From Candidatus Cloacimonadota bacterium (GTDB lineage Bacteria; Cloacimonadota; Cloacimonadia; Cloacimonadales; TCS61): a stretch of DNA of 64,000 nt. Positions 35,898-44,250 of this stretch are shown here, one piece after another. The notes beneath the pieces were generated by a model, which did not search any database, had not been told where the DNA came from, and saw nothing but the letters and a program-made list of their open reading frames with translations. The stretch spans positions 3,225 through 67,224 of the forward strand of contig JAIPGP010000004.1 of the NCBI GenBank assembly GCA_021735645.1, written 5' to 3'. Made by a program: the position numbers and the translations under genes. Numbering within the stretch: the first letter of the stretch is position 1; each line of letters opens with the position of its first letter.

Positions 35898-38441
35898 ATG
35901 ATGAAAGATAAAAAACATAAAAGCCAAGTATTGCCAGTACTTGGCATCAGCTTCACTGTATTACTGATACTGATAATCCTCCTGCCCATCCTGCTCAAAA
36001 ACCAGATAGCCGATAAAGCTCTGGAAATAGCCAATAGCAATGTCAATGCCCGAATAAAAGTGAAAGGTGTGTCTCTATCCATCTTTAAAAGCTTCCCTGA
36101 TCTGCAGTTTGGCATGACCGGTTTGCAAGTGAGTGGCATTGGCAGACAGGCAGGTACCGACCTGGCAAAAATTGGCTCAATATCGCTTGATCTTGATCTG
36201 AAGCAGGCGCTAAAAAAACAAATCAAGATCAATTCCATTGTTATTGATAATCCGGAAATTAATGCCGTTGTGCTGGCAGATGGCAGTGCGAACTGGGATA
36301 TTGCCAAAACAGAAAAAGAAAAGACCCAGGCAGTAAAAGAAGAGAAACAGCCTTCCAATAGCAATCTCAGTGTGATCATGCAGGATTTTCAGATCAATAA
36401 TGCCTCAATCAGATTTACTGACCAGCAGAGTAACACGTCCGCTGAGCTTGATAACCTGAATTTTAGTCTCAATGGCGATCTATCAGCGGTAAATTCTCAG
36501 TTGAATCTAAAAACTGATATTGAAAAGATCAATTTCACCCAGGCTGCTGTGAAAATGGCAAAAGACCTGAATCTCGATTTTATGGCAACAATTGCCATTG
36601 ATCTGGAAAATATGAAATTCACTTTCATAGAAAATACACTCAGCCTGAATGAACTGAACTTAGGCTTTGATGGCAGCGTCCAGATGCTGCCAGATGGCAG
36701 CATAATCACTGACCTTACTTTCCAGACGGAACAGACAGATTTCAAGACTCTGCTTTCCTTTGTACCGGCAGTATTTATGACAGGTTTTGAAGACCTGAAA
36801 ACTGAAGGTAATCTGCAATTCAATGGTTTCGCCAAAGGAACGATGATCGGTGAAAGCCTGCCGGCATTTAGTATAGATTTACTGGTGACTGATGCCATGG
36901 TGCAATATCCTGACCTGCCAGGGTCTATCAATAACATCAATATTGACGTGAAAGTAGCTAATCCCGGTGGCGATGCCGATCTCACTACTATAGCAGTAAA
37001 TCGTTTTGAGCTTTTTATGCAGGACAATCCTGTTTCTGCCAAATTTAGACTCGCTACTCCTGTCAGCGATCCGGATATCAGCAGTCAGTTCAATCTGAAG
37101 CTTGACCTGAACACGCTCAAAGATGTAATTCCTCTGGAAAGTATGAATCTGAGCGGAAATATAGATGCAGACATGAAACTGAACACCAGACTCTCTACTA
37201 TTGAAAAAGAAGATTATAGTAATGTGGATATGCAGGGTGGAGTAACATTGACGAATTTTGTGTTCAGCAGTGCAGATTTCACCCGGGATGTCACGATCAA
37301 AAAAGCAGACCTGAAATTCACTCCCCGCTATGTGGAATTGAAACAGTTTTCTGCTAAGGTAGCCAATAGTGATCTCAGTTTAAGCGGTAAAATAGAAAAT
37401 TTCATTCCCTTTGCCTTACAGGGCAAGGTGCTAAAAGGTACTCTTAATATAAATTCTTCTTTGATTGATGCTAATCAGTTAATGACTCTAAGCTCTGCTC
37501 CGGAAACCGCTGCCCCAGCTCTAGAAGCTAAACCAGCCGCTCAAGTTGTGATCATTCCCGATAATCTGGACTTGACCCTGAAATGTGACCTGAAAAAGAT
37601 TCGCTTCGATAATATGGAAATCACTAAACTTACCGGTAATTTCGCTCTTAAAAACACAATAGCTGACCTCTCTGAACTGCGGTTTGATGCCATGAAAGGC
37701 GGTATTCACATTTCGGGGAATTATCAGGGATATTCCAGACAGTCCGCTACTACACAGGCAAAATTAAAACTCTGGAAAATCGATGTAAACAGTGCTTTCA
37801 ACTCCTTTTCCGTTTTGCAGGAAATGATGCCGGTACTGGGCTACAGCAGTGGAAATATCTCCGGAACAATGAATCTGGATGCCAGGCTTGATCAGCAGAT
37901 GCAGCCTGTATTAACTTCTATCAATAGTGAGGGTACTCTGCAAACCAGTGATATCATAATAGAAAACTCACCTGCCCTGAATGATATTGCCGCTAACCTG
38001 AAGAATCCTAAATTCAAAAAAGTGAAACTCTCTGCCGCTGATGTGTCATATACTATGACAAATGGCAACCTGACAATTTCTCCTTTCACCACTAATTTTT
38101 CAAAATCATCTGTAGAAATATCCGGTACTGTCAACGTTGATCAGCAGATGGATATTAAACTACAAACCAGACTTGCCGTCAATGACCTGGGGGACGAAGC
38201 TAGAAAACAAATAGATGACCTGGTAAAACAGATCAATAAAGCCGGTCTTAGCGTGCATACTCCTGAGTATCTGGATATCACAGCAAAACTGGAAGGCACT
38301 GTTAATAAACCAAAACTTGTTCTCGATTGGCAAACCAGCTTTGATGCTGTCCTTAAATCATTGCAGAATCAGGTGGTTGAAGCTGGTAAGGACAAAGTGA
38401 AAGATGAAGCTATCGACCTGCTGAAAGGTCTATTTAAGTAA
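35898..38441 (+). CDS. AsmA-family / DUF748-like outer-membrane-biogenesis protein
   Basis: 847 aa. Single N-terminal TM anchor (VLPVLGISFTVLLILIILLPILL). The rest is long, repetitive and beta-rich, with low-complexity N/S/T/D sequence typical of AsmA-like proteins. Confidence 0.65.
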   Translation: MMKDKKHKSQVLPVLGISFTVLLILIILLPILLKNQIADKALEIANSNVNARIKVKGVSLSIFKSFPDLQFGMTGLQVSGIGRQAGTDLAKIGSISLDLDLKQALKKQIKINSIVIDNPEINAVVLADGSANWDIAKTEKEKTQAVKEEKQPSNSNLSVIMQDFQINNASIRFTDQQSNTSAELDNLNFSLNGDLSAVNSQLNLKTDIEKINFTQAAVKMAKDLNLDFMATIAIDLENMKFTFIENTLSLNELNLGFDGSVQMLPDGSIITDLTFQTEQTDFKTLLSFVPAVFMTGFEDLKTEGNLQFNGFAKGTMIGESLPAFSIDLLVTDAMVQYPDLPGSINNINIDVKVANPGGDADLTTIAVNRFELFMQDNPVSAKFRLATPVSDPDISSQFNLKLDLNTLKDVIPLESMNLSGNIDADMKLNTRLSTIEKEDYSNVDMQGGVTLTNFVFSSADFTRDVTIKKADLKFTPRYVELKQFSAKVANSDLSLSGKIENFIPFALQGKVLKGTLNINSSLIDANQLMTLSSAPETAAPALEAKPAAQVVIIPDNLDLTLKCDLKKIRFDNMEITKLTGNFALKNTIADLSELRFDAMKGGIHISGNYQGYSRQSATTQAKLKLWKIDVNSAFNSFSVLQEMMPVLGYSSGNISGTMNLDARLDQQMQPVLTSINSEGTLQTSDIIIENSPALNDIAANLKNPKFKKVKLSAADVSYTMTNGNLTISPFTTNFSKSSVEISGTVNVDQQMDIKLQTRLAVNDLGDEARKQIDDLVKQINKAGLSVHTPEYLDITAKLEGTVNKPKLVLDWQTSFDAVLKSLQNQVVEAGKDKVKDEAIDLLKGLFK

Positions 38442-38480
38442 TTTGGGTTAGTGGTTAGTGGTTAATCAGTGAGACGTCCT

Positions 38481-38617
38481 CTGAGACCTTGCGGATGGTC
38501 TTGCACCTCCGCAATGGTCGACCATTGAGAAGAGATCACCAGTCTAATGTCCAGCATATTACCTTAGATACTAAGTCAACCATTGCGGAGGTTTAGCAAC
38601 CATCCGCAAGGTCTCAG
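38481..38617. repeat. MITE-like inverted-repeat element (about 40-bp arms, about 56-bp loop)
   Basis: CTGAGACCTTGCGGATGGTCTTGCACCTCCGCAATGGTCG (38481-38520) pairs with CAACCATTGCGGAGGTTTAGCAACCATCCGCAAGGTCTCAG (38577-38617). Related partial copies lie at 55811-55849 and 14021-14084. Confidence 0.85.
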
Positions 38618-39008
38618 CTGGTTAATACGTATTGCATTACATTCCTCTGTGTCCTCTGTGCCTCTGTGGTAAAAAGTCTTACATTACATTAGCTGTACTC
38701 AGCGTCCGTGTTGTCAGTGTAGTCCGTGGTTGTAAAAATCTTACATTGCATTATCCATATTAATCGATAAAATCCGTGGCTAATGAGTAATTTTGAAGTT
38801 TGAATTGAATGTAATATAATATAATGTAATCAGACCAGGTCTGGGTAGGCAAACGACTCACGACATTAAGCATCAACTCATAAATATCTGTAGATTTAAA
38901 CTTGTTCTTTGCCTTATATCTGTGTTGTTCATCGCTGCATATCAGAAGTTATTGAAGCTCTTCACGCCTGGCATAATTCAAAACCTCTGCGTGCAATGTA
39001 ACAGATAT

Positions 39009-39842
39009 TTATAACGCAATGCTTAGCTGCTTTCGCTCCGGCAAACCAGCTAATATAGCACCTGTCAGCATCAGAAGGCAGCCGGCTAATGCCTGCAGCG
39101 TCATGCTTTCCCCCAAAATCAGGTAACCACCCAAAACGGCAAATGCGCCTTCCAGACTCAAAATCACCGCACAATCAGCTGCCGGTGCCTTACGCTGAGC
39201 AAAAAACTGCAGTGTATAGGCTATTCCCACCGATACCAGACCACCATATAATATTGCTGTCAGTGCCTGCTGCCAGCCAGAAGTTTCAGCTTTTTCGATC
39301 ACACCCCAGCCAGATAAGCTGAGTATTCCGCAGACAGCAAACTGCAAAAATGCCAGACGAAAAGGCGAATATTGCCGGGCATACTGCCCCACCATCCGCA
39401 CATGGATGGCAAACAGCACAGCACACATCAGCACCAGGCTGTCACCTAAATCTATATCTACTTTCCCATGAATACTCAATAAGTACAATCCGCCAATTGC
39501 CGCTATTACGCCCAGCCAGGTTCTGATTCCAGGATTATCACCTGCGAAAACTCCCAGTATCGGGACAAAGATCACATACAATCCTGTGATAAAACCCGCC
39601 TTGCCGGCAGTAGTATAGATTATCCCGATCTGCTGCAAAGTGGCTGCCATAAAGAGTACTACTCCCAGCAGCACTCCTGCCCGTAATTCGCTGCGGCTGA
39701 ATTTTACCCCGCTAAAGGGCAATATTGCCAACGCTCCTAAGAGGAATCGAAACCCATTAAAGAAAAAAGGTCCTACAAATTTCATGCCATGACGTTGGGC
39801 AACAAAAGCAAAACCCCATAGCATGGCAGCAGTAAGCAGCAT
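39009..39842 (-). CDS. EamA/DMT-family permease
   Basis: 277 aa from the first ATG, with about 9-10 TM helices and a LTAAMLWGFAFVAQR EamA start. The frame is open a further 15 codons upstream without a canonical start. Confidence 0.8.
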   Translation of the reverse strand: MLLTAAMLWGFAFVAQRHGMKFVGPFFFNGFRFLLGALAILPFSGVKFSRSELRAGVLLGVVLFMAATLQQIGIIYTTAGKAGFITGLYVIFVPILGVFAGDNPGIRTWLGVIAAIGGLYLLSIHGKVDIDLGDSLVLMCAVLFAIHVRMVGQYARQYSPFRLAFLQFAVCGILSLSGWGVIEKAETSGWQQALTAILYGGLVSVGIAYTLQFFAQRKAPAADCAVILSLEGAFAVLGGYLILGESMTLQALAGCLLMLTGAILAGLPERKQLSIAL

Positions 39843-39896
39843 GAGGTCTGATTTATATTTTCCGACTAATTTAATTTTTTTCTCCCATTATTCCGC

Positions 39897-41132
39897 TTAT
39901 TTCACTTTCGGTGTGAAGATAGTGTATAAGCCTCCGGCAATGATCTGTGATACTTCTTTCTCGCTGTAACCCATGATTTTCACACCTATTTCCACCAGAA
40001 GTTTTAGCTCTGCCTGATTGATATCACTATCCGCCAGCACAATATCCAGCAGATAATTCATCAACGAATCCCGTTCTGAGGGATTTTCTTTAAGAATATT
40101 AACTACTGATTTCACGAACTTATCCTGCACATTTTTTGATTTCACCATTTCATCCAGATATTTGCGGGGATATAGCGTGAATCGTGAGATATAGCTCACG
40201 ATTCTCTCATACTCATCTTCTGCCATTGCTTCATCACAGCCGCTCACTATCAGTCCGCCAGTTGCCATAAACACCATTCGGTCATGATTAAGTCCTTCTG
40301 CCAGGGCAGTATGCTCTTCCACAAGCTTTTGCACTGCCGCTTCCAGCTTTTCATCAGCACTTAGCGTATTACCTGCCAGAGTATCATTGAATAATGGTGA
40401 TTTGGAGAATAACTGCAAAGCCTTCACCCGGACAGGATTGATCGGATGGGTGCTCTGGTCAAATGCCTGCTCACCTTTCAAATTCTTGAGCAGTTCGTCA
40501 TTTTTTCGTATATAAGAGCGGATATTAATGCCCAGCTCACGCCAGTCCAATCCGGATGTCAGCTTAAAAAAGCTGCTCACTGCCGGCTCCAAATCTCCAC
40601 AGGCAAGCAACCCAAACCGGTCAGCACTAAGCTCTGAAAGCCTCTGCCAGTACATGATCCGGTTATGGTAATAAAAAGGTATCTTCTTATTTTCGTTAAA
40701 TATAAACTGGATCACCTGCTGCAATGAACGGTTCCCTGTCCACAAATGCCCAATTTCGTGACCGATGATAAAAAGAAGTTCATCTTTTGTAAAATTCTTG
40801 ATAACAGCAGAATTAATGGTAATGATATGTGGCTGATCCGGGGCATCAGACTCGATGCAGAAAGCATTATATTCCGGGGAGTTCATAACATAATATTCAA
40901 TTTTTCCCTCGTATCCGGTGCGTTTCTGGGCTTCCTGACAGATTGCCCAGATTTCCTCACAAAAATCCTCTCCTACTTTAAAATATATGCCATTGAACAT
41001 ATTCGTGATTGATTTACGCTTATCCACCTGCGCTGCCAGTAACAATTCATTGATCAGCTTCTCATGCAGATTCTTTCTTATCTCCTCGGTAAAACTCCGT
41101 TCCAGTTCTATCCGTAATAATGAATAATCCAT
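39897..41132 (-). CDS. M48-type zinc metallopeptidase domain fused to a TerB-like C-terminal domain
   Basis: The start is chosen at the ATG preceded by AGGAGG (the track uses a TTG at 41180). HEIGH zinc motif, with downstream LSELSADRFG supplying a candidate third-ligand E. The C-terminal ~120 aa (DEAMAEDEYERIV...DSDINQAELKLLVEIG) resemble TerB/DjlA-N tellurite-resistance-like domains. Confidence 0.7.
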   Translation of the reverse strand: MDYSLLRIELERSFTEEIRKNLHEKLINELLLAAQVDKRKSITNMFNGIYFKVGEDFCEEIWAICQEAQKRTGYEGKIEYYVMNSPEYNAFCIESDAPDQPHIITINSAVIKNFTKDELLFIIGHEIGHLWTGNRSLQQVIQFIFNENKKIPFYYHNRIMYWQRLSELSADRFGLLACGDLEPAVSSFFKLTSGLDWRELGINIRSYIRKNDELLKNLKGEQAFDQSTHPINPVRVKALQLFSKSPLFNDTLAGNTLSADEKLEAAVQKLVEEHTALAEGLNHDRMVFMATGGLIVSGCDEAMAEDEYERIVSYISRFTLYPRKYLDEMVKSKNVQDKFVKSVVNILKENPSERDSLMNYLLDIVLADSDINQAELKLLVEIGVKIMGYSEKEVSQIIAGGLYTIFTPKVK

Positions 41133-41197
41133 GCTACCTCCTATGAGATTAGCTTTGTAATTTTCTATTTTTTCTGTCAACCAGCTTTTCCAGATGA

Positions 41198-41260
41198 CTT
41201 ATAGGATTCATAGGGCTTATAGGGCTTATAGGGCTTATAGGGCTTATAGATCTTATAGGA
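41198..41260. repeat. tandem 9-bp array, 7 units (CTTATAGGn)
   Basis: CTTATAGGA TTCATAGGG CTTATAGGG x3 CTTATAGAT CTTATAGGA. It ends 6 nt from the histidine kinase stop codon (41267-41269). Confidence 0.95.
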
Positions 41261-41266
41261 GGGTAA

Positions 41267-43120
41267 TTAGATTTCTATGCGGAAGCAGGCTCCTGAGGGG
41301 GTGTTTTTAACTAAGAGTTTGCCTTTCATATTATTTTCAATGATCAGCTTTGACATGTATAAGCCCAAACCAGTCCCCTTTTCACGAGATTTGGTTGAGA
41401 AATAGGGATTAAAAATTTTGGTGATAATCTCGGGATCAATTCCCCCGGCATTATCTTCAATTGTCAAAACCGCATGTTTCGAACGCTGGGAGATAAATGA
41501 TTTGATCAGGATAGCTGGACTTTTCACCTGCTTCTCCTGCAGAGCGTCTCTGGCATTATTGATGATATTCATCACAACCTGACTGTAATAATTTGGAAAG
41601 CCATGAGCGGTTATATCCTTCAGGTTCAAGGTAACATTAATATTGCTTTGTTTCAGAGAATGTTCTACAAAACGCAAGGTTGTCTGGACAATGTCTTTCA
41701 CATTGAAATCACCAGGTACTATGTCCGGGCGGAAAAAATTCCGGAAGTCATTGATGGTATTACTCATAAATTCCACCAGATCAAGCATGCTCTGGCAGTT
41801 TTTAAAGAGGAAGTCCCTGTCAAATTCATTGTATTCCCAGCCATCCATCAGGTTTTGAGTGATCAAGCTAATGCCATTGAGCGGTTGACGCCACTGGTGG
41901 GCAATACAAGCCATCATTTCACCCATTGATGCCTGTCGGGATTGCAGCATCAGCATCTGATCTTTTTGACGCATAAGCTCCAGTTGTCTGTTAAGCTCTT
42001 TTTGCAGGTTATCATTTAATGATTTCAGCTTCTTTTTCTGGATTGAAATTTGCTCATTCTTTCTTTTAAGCTCGATATTCCGCAGCCGGAAAATTTCATT
42101 TTCCTTCTCTTTTTCCTTTACTTCAAAATCCTTCTGAAGTTTAGCTATCTGCTGCAGATTCTCTTCCTGGGTCATTTCCTGCCAGGTATCAGTTAATAGC
42201 TCATGATATTCAAGAGCTTTCAGGAAATCACCGCTATGCTTATAATATTCTGTGGCAATAGCATATAATGACTTTGCCAGTGGCTTAGCGCCAATTTCAC
42301 GAGAAATAGCAATTCCTTCCTGAAAGGCAGCCAGGGACTTTGGCATTAATCCGTCTAAAAAATACAACCTGCCAAGGGTTGATAGACAGTGGCAAATCCC
42401 CCATTTATCCTTGATCTCTCTTTTAATTGCCAGAGATTTTTCTATCTGCTTAAGCGCTTCCTCCTCACGGCCCGTTTCTAAATAACTATTAGCAATATTC
42501 AAATATGAATTTGCCATCAACTTAAGATCATTCTCCTGCTCAAAGATCAATAACGCTTTCAGTAAATATTCTTCTGCCTCTTTGTACTGACCCAACTTCA
42601 GAAAGCAGATACCTATATTATTTAGAACATTTGCGGCATTATGACTGCTCGTATCTTTTAAAAGAGTAAAACCTTTCCGATATATTTCCATAGCAGTTTT
42701 AAAATCGTCTTCTATCCAGTAGATCATGCCAATATTATTATAGGCATTAAAGAGTAGTTTTTTATCACCTAACTTTTCGGCAATCTGCTTAAGATCAAGA
42801 TATTCAACTAATGCCTTGGAATAATTACCCTGATACCAGTGTATAGTCCCCTTAAAATTATTGATTTTAGCTGACTGCTGCAGATTACCATGATCGACAG
42901 CGATCTTCTCGGCAGGATTAAGCACTTCCCTTGCCTTTTGATAGTTGCCTAAATGAGAATATACTTCGGATAGGAGCAGATAGCATTTAAATTGATTATC
43001 AAAATTACCCGATTCTATATATTGAGCCAACAGCTTCTGAGCCTGTTGCTCAACCAGACCCGGAGCTTCCTGGATTTGATGATTTAGTTTTTGAAATATG
43101 TCTTCTTCTTCTTTTAGCAT
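41267..43120 (-). CDS. cytoplasmic sensor histidine kinase with N-terminal TPR repeats and coiled coil
   Basis: 617 aa with AAGGAG upstream of the ATG. About 7 TPR-like repeats, then a K/E-rich coiled coil. H-box CIAHQWRQPLN. HATPase_c N/G boxes (NIINNARDAL, DNAGGI, GTGLGLYMS). No TM segment, and no response regulator adjacent. Confidence 0.85.
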   Translation of the reverse strand: MLKEEEDIFQKLNHQIQEAPGLVEQQAQKLLAQYIESGNFDNQFKCYLLLSEVYSHLGNYQKAREVLNPAEKIAVDHGNLQQSAKINNFKGTIHWYQGNYSKALVEYLDLKQIAEKLGDKKLLFNAYNNIGMIYWIEDDFKTAMEIYRKGFTLLKDTSSHNAANVLNNIGICFLKLGQYKEAEEYLLKALLIFEQENDLKLMANSYLNIANSYLETGREEEALKQIEKSLAIKREIKDKWGICHCLSTLGRLYFLDGLMPKSLAAFQEGIAISREIGAKPLAKSLYAIATEYYKHSGDFLKALEYHELLTDTWQEMTQEENLQQIAKLQKDFEVKEKEKENEIFRLRNIELKRKNEQISIQKKKLKSLNDNLQKELNRQLELMRQKDQMLMLQSRQASMGEMMACIAHQWRQPLNGISLITQNLMDGWEYNEFDRDFLFKNCQSMLDLVEFMSNTINDFRNFFRPDIVPGDFNVKDIVQTTLRFVEHSLKQSNINVTLNLKDITAHGFPNYYSQVVMNIINNARDALQEKQVKSPAILIKSFISQRSKHAVLTIEDNAGGIDPEIITKIFNPYFSTKSREKGTGLGLYMSKLIIENNMKGKLLVKNTPSGACFRIEI

Positions 43121-43250
43121 AGCCTACTCCTTTCTTATTTAATAATTTATATTTAAAGATAATTAAGTCAAGTTAAATTCTCTTTAAATCTTTATCTGGC
43201 ATCCACCCATTTTTCTGAACCCTGTAATAGAGATATTATTAATATTTAAT

Positions 43251-43603
43251 ACATTTTGTGTAGTACCTTACAATTAATATTCTGTCAACTTTTGGCAGAA
43301 AAGATTTTCAACCACTGACCACACTGACTTCACTGACGAAAATAATGCCAGAATAAATCCGTTCTTTTCTTACATTGTCAGTGCTGTCCGTGACGTCCGT
43401 GGTTGATAATCTTTCAATTGGTTTCGGTTTATCCGAGTTAGGCTTTTGCAAAGAGTGCTAATCCCGATACAGGGACAAGTGCAGTTGGATTTACCCATCA
43501 CAGTTCACTGTTCACTGTTCACTGGTTAAATATTTATTATCATTTCCTATCTTGTTCTGTGCCAGAAATTTGGTGCTATTTGTGAAATTTTACTGCATAA
43601 AGT
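43251..43603. repeat. about 345-bp dispersed repeat, copy R2
   Basis: See 34906-35249. It sits between the divergent histidine kinase (start 43120) and lipoprotein (start 43667) genes. Confidence 0.9.
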
Positions 43604-43666
43604 GGGATTAAATGTTTATTAATTGACAAACTTAGGATATATTTCTTAATTTTGCTGGAGGTTATT

Positions 43667-44185
43667 ATGAAATGGATAAATTTGCTTTTAATCGTGATAT
43701 TGTTCGCTGGCTGTGCTCATCCACCTTTCACAGTTGTCCCTGAAAAAAATCGGGGCAATGAGCGACCACTGGTTTATGACAGTTCAGAAATTTCCACTGT
43801 CTTTAATTATCAGGATAAGACATTGGAGATGAAGGTTGCCTTGCACAGTCGCGAATTTCCCAATGGTATTTTATGGTCACTTTCTCTGGAATCGCCTATA
43901 GATGTGGTTCTGCCTTTGAAAATGTATGCCTTTCAGGATGGCACTACTTATGAACTGATCAGATTACAGAGTGATCAGAATTATCCCAACCTGGCTTATT
44001 ACGTGCTGCCACCTAACTTCATTAAAAATTGCCGCTTCTCTGATGAAATGACACTGAGCGTACTAATTGATGGCAATGAATGGTCTAAGATGAGCGATGA
44101 AGCCTATGTGGAGAATTTCGGCATGTTCTATAGCTTTGTTACTATCGATATTGAAAGGAATACTTCTATTCTATATATTCACTAG
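43667..44185 (+). CDS. small lipoprotein, function unknown
   Basis: The start is chosen at the ATG 5 nt after GGAGG (the track begins at 43652). MKWINLLLIVILFAGC lipobox. Confidence 0.65.
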   Translation: MKWINLLLIVILFAGCAHPPFTVVPEKNRGNERPLVYDSSEISTVFNYQDKTLEMKVALHSREFPNGILWSLSLESPIDVVLPLKMYAFQDGTTYELIRLQSDQNYPNLAYYVLPPNFIKNCRFSDEMTLSVLIDGNEWSKMSDEAYVENFGMFYSFVTIDIERNTSILYIH

Positions 44186-44199
44186 AATCTTCAAGTGAT

Positions 44200-44245
44200 A
44201 AAAAAAATACGGGTGAAAGAGTAAAATCTTTCACCCGTTTTATTT
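44200..44245. terminator. bidirectional Rho-independent terminator between convergent genes
   Basis: A8 run, stem ACGGGTGAAAGA / TCTTTCACCCGT, then TTTTATTT. Confidence 0.8.
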
Positions 44246-44250
44246 CAGGA

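Noticed and set aside
35870-37042. Antisense ORFs 35870..36379 (169 aa) and 36497..37042 (181 aa)
   Set aside because: Both lie inside the AsmA-family CDS on the opposite strand, have S/F/I-rich low-complexity translations, and lack ribosome-binding sites.
34906-43603. R1/R2 as attL/attR of a genomic island integrated at tRNA-Phe
   Set aside because: The repeats do not include the tRNA 3-prime end, and there is no integrase, excisionase or phage/plasmid gene between them. The enclosed genes (AsmA-like, DMT permease, M48, HK) look like ordinary chromosomal cargo. The repeat vocabulary also occurs elsewhere in the window.
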